From positions 1 through 63,977 of the forward strand of contig CALXEV010000004.1 in NCBI GenBank assembly GCA_944387425.1: a stretch of 63,977 bases of DNA, read 5' to 3'. Within the stretch, counting starts at the first letter, position 1. Each line of letters opens with the position of its first letter. The stretch comes from an uncultured Clostridia bacterium (lineage in GTDB: Bacteria > Bacillota > Clostridia > TANB77 > CAG-508). Below the pieces are notes generated by a model. It saw nothing but the letters and a program-made list of their open reading frames with translations, searched no databases and was not told the origin of the DNA. The position numbers and the translations under genes are program-made. Shown in pieces: positions 1 to 8,753 of this stretch.

Positions 1-16
1 AATTTCCAAAATTTTA

Positions 17-45
17 TTGACTTTTTTAAACTCTTTTGGTATTAT
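17..45 (+). promoter_or_regulatory. putative sigma-A promoter for the 87..401 gene
   Basis: TTGACT (17-22), 17-nt spacer, then TGg-TATTAT extended -10 (37-45). GGAGG RBS at 75-79. Confidence 0.4.
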
Positions 46-86
46 ATACCTTGAAAATAGTAATAGCGTATTTTGGAGGTATACAA

Positions 87-401
87 ATGTCAAAATTATA
101 TAAGGTATTTTTTATTTTATTAATAAGTGTAATTTTAATTTCTAATTGCATGTATGTTTTTGCTGCAGTTAATATGAATTTAGATAATAATACAACTAAT
201 TCAAATTCTTCAAATACAAGTAATACAAATGGTACAAACACTAATGCAACTGGAAACACAAATAGATCTACAAGTACAACTGCAGTAAGTACTTCTCAGT
301 TTGATTTGCAACTAACAAATATTTTAAGTATTTGTTTGATTGTTGTAGGTGTACTACTTATTTTATTGGGAATAGCAATATTGATTAGATTAAAAAAATA
401 A
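87..401 (+). CDS. small secreted/membrane-anchored Asn/Thr/Ser-rich protein, unknown function
   Basis: The ATG at 87 follows a GGAGG RBS; the track ORF starts earlier, at 36. It has an N-terminal signal-like hydrophobic segment, an N/T/S low-complexity middle and a C-terminal TM helix ending in RLKK. Confidence 0.5.
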   Translation: MSKLYKVFFILLISVILISNCMYVFAAVNMNLDNNTTNSNSSNTSNTNGTNTNATGNTNRSTSTTAVSTSQFDLQLTNILSICLIVVGVLLILLGIAILIRLKK

Positions 402-402
402 A

Positions 403-435
403 GGGGTTTAGTAAAAATACTAAATCTCTTTTTTT
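403..435 (+). terminator. rho-independent terminator after the 87..401 gene
   Basis: 11-bp stem GGGGTTTAGTA / TACTAAATCTC with an AAAA loop, followed by T7. Confidence 0.6.
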
Positions 436-550
436 GTTCAAAAAAGACCCGGTCCCAATTGAACAAAAAAGAACCGGCACCAAATGCTAATTTGCCACCA
501 AGGAACGTCCCTGTGGCAAAATGGCAAAAGAGAACCGGCACCAATTGTCA
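434..550. repeat. family-1 GC-core hairpin repeat cluster 1 (units A-B-C-B)
   Basis: Unit A: TTGTTCAA[AAAAGACCCGGTCCCAA]TTGAACAA (434-466). First unit B: core AAAAGAACCGGCACCAAATG (about 466-486). Unit C: TTTGCCAC[CAAGGAACGTCCCT]GTGGCAAA (491-520). Second unit B: TGGCAA[AAGAGAACCGGCACCAA]TTGTCA (522-550). The same units recur at 8754, 23225, 29513 and 50655. Confidence 0.85.
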
Positions 551-554
551 AATG

Positions 555-1235
555 TTATTTACAAAATCTATGTTTTCCAATCGTTACAGTCATAGGTCTA
601 GACCAAATCCACTTATTAGTTGCTGTATTCGGATTAAAATAATATATAGCCCCATAAGTTGGGTCCCAACCATTGATAGCATCTTGTGCAGCCTTTTTGG
701 CAGTACTATCTGGTGTTAAATTTATCTGACCATCTGAAACAGCATCAAAAGCTCCACTTTGATATATTACACCTGAAATTGTATTTGGAAATTTACTACT
801 TCTAACCCTATTCATTACTACTGCTCCAACCGCAACTTGTCCTGTATAGCTCTCTCCTCTAGCTTCTCCATATATTAATCTTGCAAGTAAATTAACATCT
901 GATGAATTACTAGACGAACTGCCTGATGTGCCACTTGAGCTTGAGGTTATTCCCATTGCACTAAGAGTTTTGGGACCTGCAATTCCATCAACTTGAAGTC
1001 CATTCTTTTGTTGAAACCTCTTAACTGCAGAAACTGTTTGACTGCCATATATTCCATCAACATTTCCAGAATAATAACCCCATCTTTTCAATTTTTCTTG
1101 AATTGTTCTAACTTCTTCTCCTCTTGAACCATATTTAGAAAGAGCTTGTACATAATTATTTTGAATTGTTAGAGTCACTATAAATGTAATTACTAAAGCT
1201 ATCAATAAGAAAATTCCTAATAATCTTCTTTTCAT
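555..1235 (-). CDS. sleB: SleB-type spore cortex-lytic / cell wall hydrolase with N-terminal peptidoglycan-binding domain
   Basis: Signal/TM segment, PG_binding_1-like segment (GSRGEEVRTIQEKLKRWGYYSGNVDGIYG...GIAGPKT) and a Hydrolase_2-like C-terminus (LLARLIYGEARGESYTGQVAVGAVVMNR). Confidence 0.75.
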   Translation of the reverse strand: MKRRLLGIFLLIALVITFIVTLTIQNNYVQALSKYGSRGEEVRTIQEKLKRWGYYSGNVDGIYGSQTVSAVKRFQQKNGLQVDGIAGPKTLSAMGITSSSSGTSGSSSSNSSDVNLLARLIYGEARGESYTGQVAVGAVVMNRVRSSKFPNTISGVIYQSGAFDAVSDGQINLTPDSTAKKAAQDAINGWDPTYGAIYYFNPNTATNKWIWSRPMTVTIGKHRFCK

Positions 1236-1287
1236 AATATCACCCTTTGTATAAAATTTTTTATTATTTTATACAAATTTAGAATAA

Positions 1288-1731
1288 TTATACAGAAAAG
1301 TTTTTTATTGCATTTCTTGCCATTTCATCACATCTATTATTAAATTCATTATCAGCATGACCTTTTACTTTTATAAATTCTACTTTATGTTCTTTAGTAA
1401 GATTATATAATTCCTGCCACAATTCTTTATTTTTTACCTGTTCACCTGATGCTGTTTTCCAACCTTTTTTTATCCAATTATAAATCCATCCCTGATTAAA
1501 GGCATTTACTACATATGCACTATCACTATATACTTGCACATCACTCTTTACTTTTAAGCACTTTAATGCCTCTAAAACTGCTGTAATTTCCATTATATTA
1601 TTTGTTGTATCTTTCATTCCACCTGAAATTTCTTTTGTTCTTCCTTTGTACATTAGAATAGCTCCCCAGCCTCCAGGTCCTGGATTTCCTGAGCAAGCAC
1701 CATCTGTATATATAACGACTTTTTCTTCCAT
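1288..1731 (-). CDS. rnhA: ribonuclease HI
   Basis: VIYTDGACSGNPGPGGWGAIL..., TNNIMEITAV and a C-terminal GHADNEFNNRCDEMAR, as in RNase H type 1. Confidence 0.9.
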   Translation of the reverse strand: MEEKVVIYTDGACSGNPGPGGWGAILMYKGRTKEISGGMKDTTNNIMEITAVLEALKCLKVKSDVQVYSDSAYVVNAFNQGWIYNWIKKGWKTASGEQVKNKELWQELYNLTKEHKVEFIKVKGHADNEFNNRCDEMARNAIKNFSV

Positions 1732-1839
1732 AATACCTCCATTTTTATAATAATTACATCAAATTTATTGTATATATAATTTTTTTGTGATATGATTATA
1801 TCAATAATTTTGTAGATTTTCAATATGTGGGAGGTTCTA

Positions 1840-3078
1840 ATGAGTAATATATTAGGAATTATTTCTGAATATAATCCATTTCACAATGGACATTTATATC
1901 ATCTAAATGAATCAAAAAAAGCAACTCATTCAGACTATGCTATTGCCATTATGACAGGAAACTTTGCTCAAAGAGGTGATGCCTCTATAGTTGATAAATG
2001 GTCAAAAGCAAGAATGGCTATATCAAATGGAATAGATTTAGTTATTGAACTGCCTACTATATATTCGATATCAAGTGCTGAAAATTTCGCAGATGGTGCA
2101 ATAAAAATTTTAAACTCTTTAAATATAGTTGACTATCTTTCTTTTGGCAGTGAATCTGGAGATATTTCTGTTTTAGATGATATTGCTGAAGTTTTATCTA
2201 AAGAACCTCGTGAGTATAAAACATTATTATCTCACGAACTTTCAAAAGGTGTATCTTTTCCAAAAGCTAGAGAAAAAGCACTTCTTATGTATTTAGGAGA
2301 TGTTAGAAGATTTGTTAATGTTCTTTCTTCACCAAATAATATATTAGGAATTGAATATTTAAAATCTCTAAAAAGACAGCATTCATTAATACGTCCTATC
2401 ACTTTGAAAAGAAAAAATGTTGGTTATAATGACAATTTTCTTCCTGCAAATTCACGATTTGCTAGCGCTTCTGCAATTCGTAATTATTGTATGTCTTCTG
2501 ATATTACTGAATTGCAACGTGTTATGCCTGAAAATTCCTATGATATATTGGAAGACTGTATTAAAAAAGGAAATTTTGTAAAAAATCTTTCTGCTTTTGA
2601 TAAAGAGATTATCTATACATTAAGAAAAATGTCAACAAGTGAAATAGCAAATTTGCCAGATGTTTCTGAAGGTCTAGAATTTGCACTTAAAAACGCAGCA
2701 AATTCTTGCAATAGTGTAATTGAATTGCTTACTTTAGTTGATACAAAAAGATATACAAAAACACGAATTCAACGAATTTTGTTATATGCAATATTAGGAA
2801 TTACTAAAAAAGATATGCAACTTTCAAAATCTGTAATTCCGTATGTAAGAATTCTTGGTTTTAACTCATCTGGTAGAGAACTTCTTGGAGAAATCTCGAA
2901 AAGAAATCCAAAACTTGAATTAGTAACTTCTGTTAAAAAGTTTTTGGATAATAGCTCTAATAAAAATTTAAAGTATATTCTTGAAAAAGATATATGGGCT
3001 TCTAATGTTTATACTTTAGGATTTGAATATGATTCAAAAGCAAATATGGATTATACTCAAAAATTAATTATATATTAA
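1840..3078 (+). CDS. tmcAL: tRNA(Met) cytidine acetate ligase (YlbM/UPF0348 nucleotidyltransferase)
   Basis: N-terminal GIISEYNPFHNGHLYHL HIGH-like motif and ~410 aa length. The ATG at 1840 follows a GGGAGG RBS; the track ORF starts at 1825. Confidence 0.8.
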   Translation: MSNILGIISEYNPFHNGHLYHLNESKKATHSDYAIAIMTGNFAQRGDASIVDKWSKARMAISNGIDLVIELPTIYSISSAENFADGAIKILNSLNIVDYLSFGSESGDISVLDDIAEVLSKEPREYKTLLSHELSKGVSFPKAREKALLMYLGDVRRFVNVLSSPNNILGIEYLKSLKRQHSLIRPITLKRKNVGYNDNFLPANSRFASASAIRNYCMSSDITELQRVMPENSYDILEDCIKKGNFVKNLSAFDKEIIYTLRKMSTSEIANLPDVSEGLEFALKNAANSCNSVIELLTLVDTKRYTKTRIQRILLYAILGITKKDMQLSKSVIPYVRILGFNSSGRELLGEISKRNPKLELVTSVKKFLDNSSNKNLKYILEKDIWASNVYTLGFEYDSKANMDYTQKLIIY

Positions 3079-3171
3079 CCAAAAAAGTTAGAATATCATA
3101 TTCTTTAGCAAAGTCATTTGCAACATCTGGAACATTCCAACCTGCATAAAAATGTCTTTAAGTATTCAGCT

Positions 3172-3208
3172 TAAAGAAAAAAAACAGACGATTCGTCTGC
3201 TTTTTTTA
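3172..3208. terminator. bidirectional terminator between convergent tmcAL and rplQ
   Basis: A-run, CAGACGA-t-TCGTCTG stem, then a T7 run. Confidence 0.65.
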
Positions 3209-3730
3209 TACTAGTTGTAATATAGCTACTTCAGCTGCATCTCCTCTACGTGGTCCAGCTTTAACTATTCTTGTATATCCTCCAACTCTTCCTTCATATT
3301 TTGGAGCGATTTCATTGAATAATTTTGCAATTAAATCTATATTATTTCCTTTTTCATCTTTAACTTTGTTTAATTTTGTCATCATTTTTCTTCTAGCATT
3401 TAGTCTTGATGGCATATCTTTTTGTCTTTTTTCTGTTTTTTCTTCTTTAACTACTTTTAAGTATTCATTGCCATTTTTACTTTTTGTTAGTTCTGTAACT
3501 TTGTTACCTTTTGAATCTAATTTTGCTTTAACTACTTTTACATCTACTGTTTCAAAGTTGTCTTTTTCTTTTATAGCTAATGCTATTATGCTATCTGCTA
3601 TAGCTTTTACTTCTTTAGCTCTAGCTTCTGTTGTTTCAACTTTTCCATGTAATATTAAATCTGTTGTTAATGTTTTTAACATTGCATTTCTTATATCAGT
3701 AGTTCTACCTAATTTTCTATTTGTAGCCAA
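3206..3730 (-). CDS. rplQ: 50S ribosomal protein L17 (bL17) with ~50-aa internal Lys/Glu-rich insertion
   Basis: N-terminus [37 protein letters not shown] and C-terminus [25 protein letters not shown] are canonical. It is 174 aa, against ~115-125 aa typically. Confidence 0.9.
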   Translation of the reverse strand: MATNRKLGRTTDIRNAMLKTLTTDLILHGKVETTEARAKEVKAIADSIIALAIKEKDNFETVDVKVVKAKLDSKGNKVTELTKSKNGNEYLKVVKEEKTEKRQKDMPSRLNARRKMMTKLNKVKDEKGNNIDLIAKLFNEIAPKYEGRVGGYTRIVKAGPRRGDAAEVAILQLV

Positions 3731-3747
3731 CTTCGTTCCCTCCTTTT

Positions 3748-4695
3748 TTAGTCTTCTTCTTCGGCGAAACTTAGTCCTAATGAATGTAATTTTGCAGTTA
3801 CTTCATCTAATGATTTCTTTCCTAAGTTTCTAACTTTCATCATATCACTTTCTGATCTATTTGTTAAATCTTCTACTGTAGCTATTCCAGCTCTCTTTAG
3901 ACAGTTGAATGAACGTACAGATAATTCTAATTCTTCTATTGATGTTTCTAAAACTTTTTCTTTTTTAGATTCTTCTTTTTCAATCATTACTTGTGTATTT
4001 TTTGTTGCTTCTGATAAATCTATGAATAATTCCAAATGCCCAGTCATAACTTTTGCTGCTAAACTTAATGCTTCATGAGCTTTTAAACTACCATCAGTCC
4101 ATACTTCGATGATTAGTTTATCATAGTCAACCATTTGCCCTACTCTAGTGTTTTTTACTTGATAATTTACTTTTTTTACTGGTGTATAAATTGAATCTAT
4201 TGGAAGCACAGATATGTCTTGGTTTGGTTTTTTATTCTTTTCTGAAGGTGAATATCCTCTTCCCATATCTGCTGTCAATTCCATTATTAATTGTCCACCT
4301 TCTGATACAGTTGCTATATGTAGGTCTGGATTTAGTATTTCAACAGTTCCATCTGTTATGATATCTCCTGCTGTTACTTCCCCTTCACCTTTAAAGTTAA
4401 TTCTCATAACTTTTTCTTCATTCTCAGCAAATTTTAGTCTAACATTTTTCAAGTTAACTATAATTTCTGGTACATCTTCTACAACATTTGGTATGCTTGA
4501 AAATTCATGTAATACACCATCTATTTTTACACTTGTAATTGCACATCCTGTTAGTGAAGATAGTAATATACGTCTTAATGAATTTCCTATTGTTACACCA
4601 TATCCTCTTTCTAATGGTTCGCATACAAATTTTGCATAATTATTTGTATCATCAACCTCTAGACATTCAATATTTGGCTTTTCAAATTCTATCAT
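3748..4695 (-). CDS. rpoA: DNA-directed RNA polymerase subunit alpha
   Basis: Full-length alpha subunit with NTD and a CTD ([17 protein letters not shown]), located between rpsD and rplQ. Confidence 0.97.
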   Translation of the reverse strand: MIEFEKPNIECLEVDDTNNYAKFVCEPLERGYGVTIGNSLRRILLSSLTGCAITSVKIDGVLHEFSSIPNVVEDVPEIIVNLKNVRLKFAENEEKVMRINFKGEGEVTAGDIITDGTVEILNPDLHIATVSEGGQLIMELTADMGRGYSPSEKNKKPNQDISVLPIDSIYTPVKKVNYQVKNTRVGQMVDYDKLIIEVWTDGSLKAHEALSLAAKVMTGHLELFIDLSEATKNTQVMIEKEESKKEKVLETSIEELELSVRSFNCLKRAGIATVEDLTNRSESDMMKVRNLGKKSLDEVTAKLHSLGLSFAEEED

Positions 4696-4719
4696 TTTTA
4701 CCTCCTAATATTTTACAAA

Positions 4720-5346
4720 CTATTTAGAGTAAAGCTCTACTATTAAATGCTCTTCAACTGGAATATCAACATCTTCTCTTGATGCTAATCTTACTACTTT
4801 ACCACTTAAAGTTTCGTTATTTAGTTCTAACCATGCTGGAACTGGTCTTCCTGCATTTGCTTCGATATTTATTTTTATTGCTCCATTGTCTTTTTTATTT
4901 TCTCTTACTGTTATTACATCTCCTGCTTTAACTAAGTAAGATGGAATATCAACTTTTTTACCATTTACCTCAAATTGTCCATGATTTACTAATTGTCTTG
5001 CTTGTGCTCTTGAAGCTCCGAATCCTAATCTATATACGACATTATCTAATCTGCTTTCTAATATTTGTAATAAGTTTTCACCTGTTACTCCTTTTTTATT
5101 AGATGCCATTTCGAAATATCCTCTAAATTGTTTTTCTCCAACTCCATAATATGATTTTGTTTTTTGTTTTTCTCTTAATTGAGTTCCGTATTCAGAAAGT
5201 TTTGCTCTTTTTTGTCCATGTTGTCCTGGTGCATAATTTCTTCTTGAAATACTGCACTTATCTGTATAACATCTTGAACCTTTTAAGAACAATTTTTGTC
5301 CTTCTCTACGGCAAATACGACATTGTTCGTCTGTATAACGTGCCAT
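4720..5346 (-). CDS. rpsD: 30S ribosomal protein S4 (zinc-finger form)
   Basis: [31 protein letters not shown]... has four N-terminal Cys; an S4 RNA-binding domain follows. Confidence 0.97.
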   Translation of the reverse strand: MARYTDEQCRICRREGQKLFLKGSRCYTDKCSISRRNYAPGQHGQKRAKLSEYGTQLREKQKTKSYYGVGEKQFRGYFEMASNKKGVTGENLLQILESRLDNVVYRLGFGASRAQARQLVNHGQFEVNGKKVDIPSYLVKAGDVITVRENKKDNGAIKINIEANAGRPVPAWLELNNETLSGKVVRLASREDVDIPVEEHLIVELYSK

Positions 5347-5398
5347 CTTTTAATTTACACCTCTTTCTTCTTTCTTTAATATTCTAATTTATGATTTT

Positions 5399-5797
5399 TT
5401 ATACTCTTCTTCTTTTTGGTGGTCTACAACCATTGTGTGGGATTGGTGTTACGTCTTTAATACTGCTGATTTCTAGACCTGCTGATTGAAGTGCTCTTAT
5501 TGCAGCTTCTCTACCTGCTCCAGGTCCTTTTACATATACTTCAACAGTTTTTAATCCGTGTTCCATTGCAGATTTTGCTGCTGTTTCAGCAACTTCTCCA
5601 GCTGCAAATGGTGTGCTTTTTCTTGAACCTTTAAATCCTAGTCCTCCAGCACTTCCCCATGAAATTGTATTTCCATTTGTGTCTGTTATTGTAACTATTG
5701 TATTATTAAAACTAGAGTGAATATGTGCTTCACCTTTGTCAATATTTTTTCTATTTCTTCTAGCTACTGGTTTTTTTGCTACACTTTTGTTAGCCAT
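5399..5797 (-). CDS. rpsK: 30S ribosomal protein S11
   Basis: [18 protein letters not shown]...[13 protein letters not shown]...[13 protein letters not shown]. Confidence 0.97.
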   Translation of the reverse strand: MANKSVAKKPVARRNRKNIDKGEAHIHSSFNNTIVTITDTNGNTISWGSAGGLGFKGSRKSTPFAAGEVAETAAKSAMEHGLKTVEVYVKGPGAGREAAIRALQSAGLEISSIKDVTPIPHNGCRPPKRRRV

Positions 5798-5873
5798 TTT
5801 TCTAATTTCCCTCCTTACATAAAAAACATGTTTCTAATTAATATTAGAATTTGTTCTTTTTGCTTTTATTTTA

Positions 5874-6248
5874 TTAAACAGCTTTTTTTGATCTACTTAC
5901 TAATTTTCTTGGACCTTTTCTTGTACGAGCATTAGTTTTTGTTCTTTGTCCTCTTACTGGAAGACCTCTTCTATGTCTTAATCCTCTATAACATCCAATT
6001 TCTGTTAGTCTTTTGATATTTAGGGCTACTTCTCTTCTTAAGTCACCTTCAACTTTGTATTCAGCATCGATAACTTTTCTTATACTATTAACTTCATCGT
6101 CAGTTAAGTCTTTTACTCTAGTATCTGGATTAATTCCAGCTTTTTTTAATATTTTGTTTGAACTAGCTACACCTATACCATAGATATATGTAAGCCCTAT
6201 TTCTACTCTTTTTTCTTTAGGTAAATCTACTCCTGCTATACGAGCCAT
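5874..6248 (-). CDS. rpsM: 30S ribosomal protein S13
   Basis: [26 protein letters not shown]. The start was moved to the MARIAG ATG (6248), which follows a GGAGGT RBS. Confidence 0.93.
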   Translation of the reverse strand: MARIAGVDLPKEKRVEIGLTYIYGIGVASSNKILKKAGINPDTRVKDLTDDEVNSIRKVIDAEYKVEGDLRREVALNIKRLTEIGCYRGLRHRRGLPVRGQRTKTNARTRKGPRKLVSRSKKAV

Positions 6249-6400
6249 GTTTTTTTGCACCTCCAAATTTTTTCTTTTTTGTTTTTGTTTTTCTTAAGGT
6301 TATAAGATTTGTCCCAATTTTACTTAAAGGTGAAATGCATCTATAAAATGCTTGTTACCACATTCATAGATCTTTAAGCTTAATTTTAGACATATATATA

Positions 6401-6441
6401 AACACAAATTGGTTATTTACAGCCGCTACCTAATTTGTGTT
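6401..6441 (-). promoter_or_regulatory. stem-loop in the 204-nt rpmJ-rpsM spacer (possible attenuator/processing or alpha-operon leader element)
   Basis: 10-bp stem AACACAAATT / AATTTGTGTT with a 21-nt loop, 12 nt after the rpmJ stop. Confidence 0.3.
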
Positions 6442-6452
6442 ATAAACATTTG

Positions 6453-6566
6453 TTATCCTTGTCTTTGTTTGTGTTTAGGGTTTTCACAGATAACTCTAAT
6501 TTTACCCTTTCTTTTTATTACTTTACATTTGTCGCAAATTTTCTTTACTGATGGTCTTACTTTCAT
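6453..6566 (-). CDS. rpmJ: 50S ribosomal protein L36
   Basis: Not in the ORF track because it is under 60 aa. Manual translation gives [37 protein letters not shown] (37 aa), with a GGAGGTG RBS upstream, in the expected infA-rpmJ-rpsM position. Confidence 0.92.
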   Translation of the reverse strand: MKVRPSVKKICDKCKVIKRKGKIRVICENPKHKQRQG

Positions 6567-6647
6567 TTTTTTGCACCTCCTCAAATTTTCAGAGAATATA
6601 TTTCTCTTTAAATTTATATATATTTGGGTTAATTATTGTTTACAATT

Positions 6648-6866
6648 TTATTTTGCTCTCCAAGTGATTCTTCCTCTTGTCAAGTCATATGGTGATAGTT
6701 CAACTTTTACTTTATCACCAGGCAAAATTTTTATATAGTTCATTCTTAATTTACCTGATATATGTGCTAATATTTGATGCCCATTTTCAAGTTCAACTTT
6801 AAAATTGGTATTTGGTAGTGTTTCTACTACTGTTCCCTCAACTTCTATAACATCTTCCTTTGCCAA
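6648..6866 (-). CDS. infA: translation initiation factor IF-1
   Basis: [69 protein letters not shown]. The likely start is a TTG at 6866, 5 nt after an AAGGAGGT RBS; the track ORF extends to 6911. Confidence 0.9.
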   Translation of the reverse strand: MAKEDVIEVEGTVVETLPNTNFKVELENGHQILAHISGKLRMNYIKILPGDKVKVELSPYDLTRGRITWRAK

Positions 6867-6954
6867 AACTTTTACCTCCTTCTTAAAGAGCATTTTTTTA
6901 TTTATGCCCATAATATTCCAATTATGGTTTTAACTCATACATTATATAATAATT

Positions 6955-7725
6955 TTATAAGATTGTCAATACTTCTGGCTCATTTTCTGTAATTAAAATT
7001 GTATTTTCATAATGTGCTGCTAAGCTTCCATCTTCTGTTATGATTGTCCAGCCATCATCTAATTGTAATATGTCTGGTTTTCCTTGGATTACCATTGGTT
7101 CTATTGCTAGAGTCATGCCAGGTTCAAGTCTTATTCCTCTTCCAGCTTTTCCATAGTTTGGTATTTCTGGTTCTTCATGCATATTTCTTCCAATTCCATG
7201 TCCTTCAAATTCTCTTACTACTGAAAAACCTTGTGATTTAACATATTCCCCTATTGCATGTGATACGTCTCCAATTCTATTTCCTTTTTTGGCAAATTTT
7301 ATTCCCTCAAAAAATGCCTGTCTTGTAACTTCTATTAATCTTTTAGCTTCTTTAGAAACATTTCCTACCATATATGTTCTAGCAGCATCTCCATTAAACC
7401 CATCTTTTAAAGCTACTAAATCCACACTTACTATATCCCCATCTTTTATATATCTTTTATTTGATGGTATGCCATGAATTACTTCATCATTTACTGAAAT
7501 ACATGTTGCAGCAGGATATTTAGGTACTCCTTTTATTCCTGGGTCATATCCTTTTTCAGCAGATATAGCACCATATTTTTTCATTGTTTCTTCTGCTATT
7601 CTATCTAAGTCAGCTGTTGTCATTCCTGGTTTTATTGCTTCTTCTATGGCTTTATGTGTAAGTGCTGTTACTCTACATGCTTCTCTCATTAATTCTATTT
7701 CTTTTTTTGATTTTATAGTTACCAT
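6955..7725 (-). CDS. map: type I methionine aminopeptidase
   Basis: Pita-bread fold motifs (VIHGIP, DIVSVDL, GHGIG, EPMV) and its position after adk. Confidence 0.95.
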   Translation of the reverse strand: MVTIKSKKEIELMREACRVTALTHKAIEEAIKPGMTTADLDRIAEETMKKYGAISAEKGYDPGIKGVPKYPAATCISVNDEVIHGIPSNKRYIKDGDIVSVDLVALKDGFNGDAARTYMVGNVSKEAKRLIEVTRQAFFEGIKFAKKGNRIGDVSHAIGEYVKSQGFSVVREFEGHGIGRNMHEEPEIPNYGKAGRGIRLEPGMTLAIEPMVIQGKPDILQLDDGWTIITEDGSLAAHYENTILITENEPEVLTIL

Positions 7726-7751
7726 TTTTATTACTCCCTCTCAAAATTTTT

Positions 7752-7783
7752 GCCTCTAATATTAATATTTTCATATTAGAGGC
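7752..7783 (-). promoter_or_regulatory. conserved GCCTCTAA hairpin immediately upstream of map
   Basis: GCCTCTAATAT / ATATTAGAGGC stem; in mRNA sense it is followed by AAAAATTTTGAGAGGGAG (RBS). A paralogous hairpin lies upstream of adk at 8661-8680. Confidence 0.5.
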
Positions 7784-7824
7784 TTATCTTTAGTATTTTT
7801 ATTTTGTTATTGTATTCTCTAAAT

Positions 7825-7910
7825 AATTTATATATAAATATTTTTTAGACAAAACATAGCTGGGGTTTAACAATCAGGGTCTTGTCTTTTAAAATATTTA
7901 TATATAAATT
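7825..7910 (-). repeat. family-2 structured hairpin element, copy 1 (inverted relative to copies 2-4)
   Basis: Perfect 20-bp arms AATTTATATATAAATATTTT / AAAATATTTATATATAAATT enclose a core whose reverse complement reads AGACAAGACCCTGATTGTTAAACCCCAGCTATGTTTTGTCT. Confidence 0.85.
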
Positions 7911-7954
7911 GCTCAGAGAAAAAAGATTATTGATGAATGAATAAATAATAACAT

Positions 7955-8629
7955 TTATAAAGAATTATTTCTTATATCTCTTACTACATCTTCTGCTACA
8001 TCTTTACCCATTCTATTTACTGACAAACTTACTTCTTCTGTTCTTAGCACTCCTTTATTTTTATAATATTCAACTAATGGACTAGTTTTTTCCTCATATA
8101 TTTCTAGTCTTCTCTTAATTGCTTCTGGGTCTGAATCGTCTGCTCTTTGTTTTAAAGGTGAACCACATTTGTCACATATTCCTTCAACTTTTGGTGGATG
8201 TAATTTTATATTATATGTTGCTTTGCAATCTTGATTTGTACATACTCTTCTTGTTAACATTCTATCAATTATTTCTTCTTTTGGAGTAACTAGATTAATT
8301 ACTAAATCTACTTTTTTTCCGTTTTTTTGTAGTATTTCATCTAGTTTTTCTGCTTGTTCTATTGTTCTTGGAAAACCATCTAATATTGCTCCGTTTTTTG
8401 CATCTTCCCATGTTAATCTATCATCTACCATTGGTACTGTAATTTCGTCTGGAACTAAGTTTCCTTTTGAAATATATTTGTCTGCTTCTATTCCTAATGG
8501 TGTTTTTTCGCTAATATTTTTTCTGAATATATCTCCTGTAGATATTTGTGGAATTCCTATTTGCTCACTTATTAATCCTGCAACAGTTCCTTTTCCTGTC
8601 CCTTGTGCACCTAACATTATAATTATCAT
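7955..8629 (-). CDS. adk: adenylate kinase (Cys-containing lid)
   Basis: P-loop GAQGTGKGT and a lid containing CTNQDC...CDKCG. Confidence 0.95.
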   Translation of the reverse strand: MIIIMLGAQGTGKGTVAGLISEQIGIPQISTGDIFRKNISEKTPLGIEADKYISKGNLVPDEITVPMVDDRLTWEDAKNGAILDGFPRTIEQAEKLDEILQKNGKKVDLVINLVTPKEEIIDRMLTRRVCTNQDCKATYNIKLHPPKVEGICDKCGSPLKQRADDSDPEAIKRRLEIYEEKTSPLVEYYKNKGVLRTEEVSLSVNRMGKDVAEDVVRDIRNNSL

Positions 8630-8660
8630 ATTTTTCTTCCTTTCTCTTCGAAAAAATTTT

Positions 8661-8680
8661 GCCTCTAAGGGATTAGAGGC
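8661..8680 (-). promoter_or_regulatory. conserved GCCTCTAA hairpin immediately upstream of adk
   Basis: GCCTCTAA-tccc-TTAGAGGC; in mRNA sense it is followed by AAAATTTTTT and then the RBS. It shares TTAGAGGCAAAAWTTTT with the map copy. Confidence 0.5.
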
Positions 8681-8753
8681 CTGTTCTTTTGCATCTATAT
8701 TTTAGCTCATTTTATTTAGTTTGTCAATTATTTTTAAAGTTTATGCAAATTTT

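Noticed and set aside
459-719. ORFs 459..719 and 8783..9049, which start inside the GC-core repeat clusters and share KWQKRTGT(N/K)CQ.
   Set aside because: The shared peptide simply reflects translation of the repeated DNA units. There is no RBS, and each ORF runs antisense into sleB or secY.
3315-3833. 172-aa plus-strand ORF, and many similar ones (for example 4214..4639, 9409..9846, 14149..14574, 17790..18233, 34304..34906).
   Set aside because: These are antisense shadow ORFs lying entirely inside well-supported minus-strand genes. Their translations are low-complexity (F/L/S/I-rich), they have no RBS, and they are typical of AT-rich genomes.
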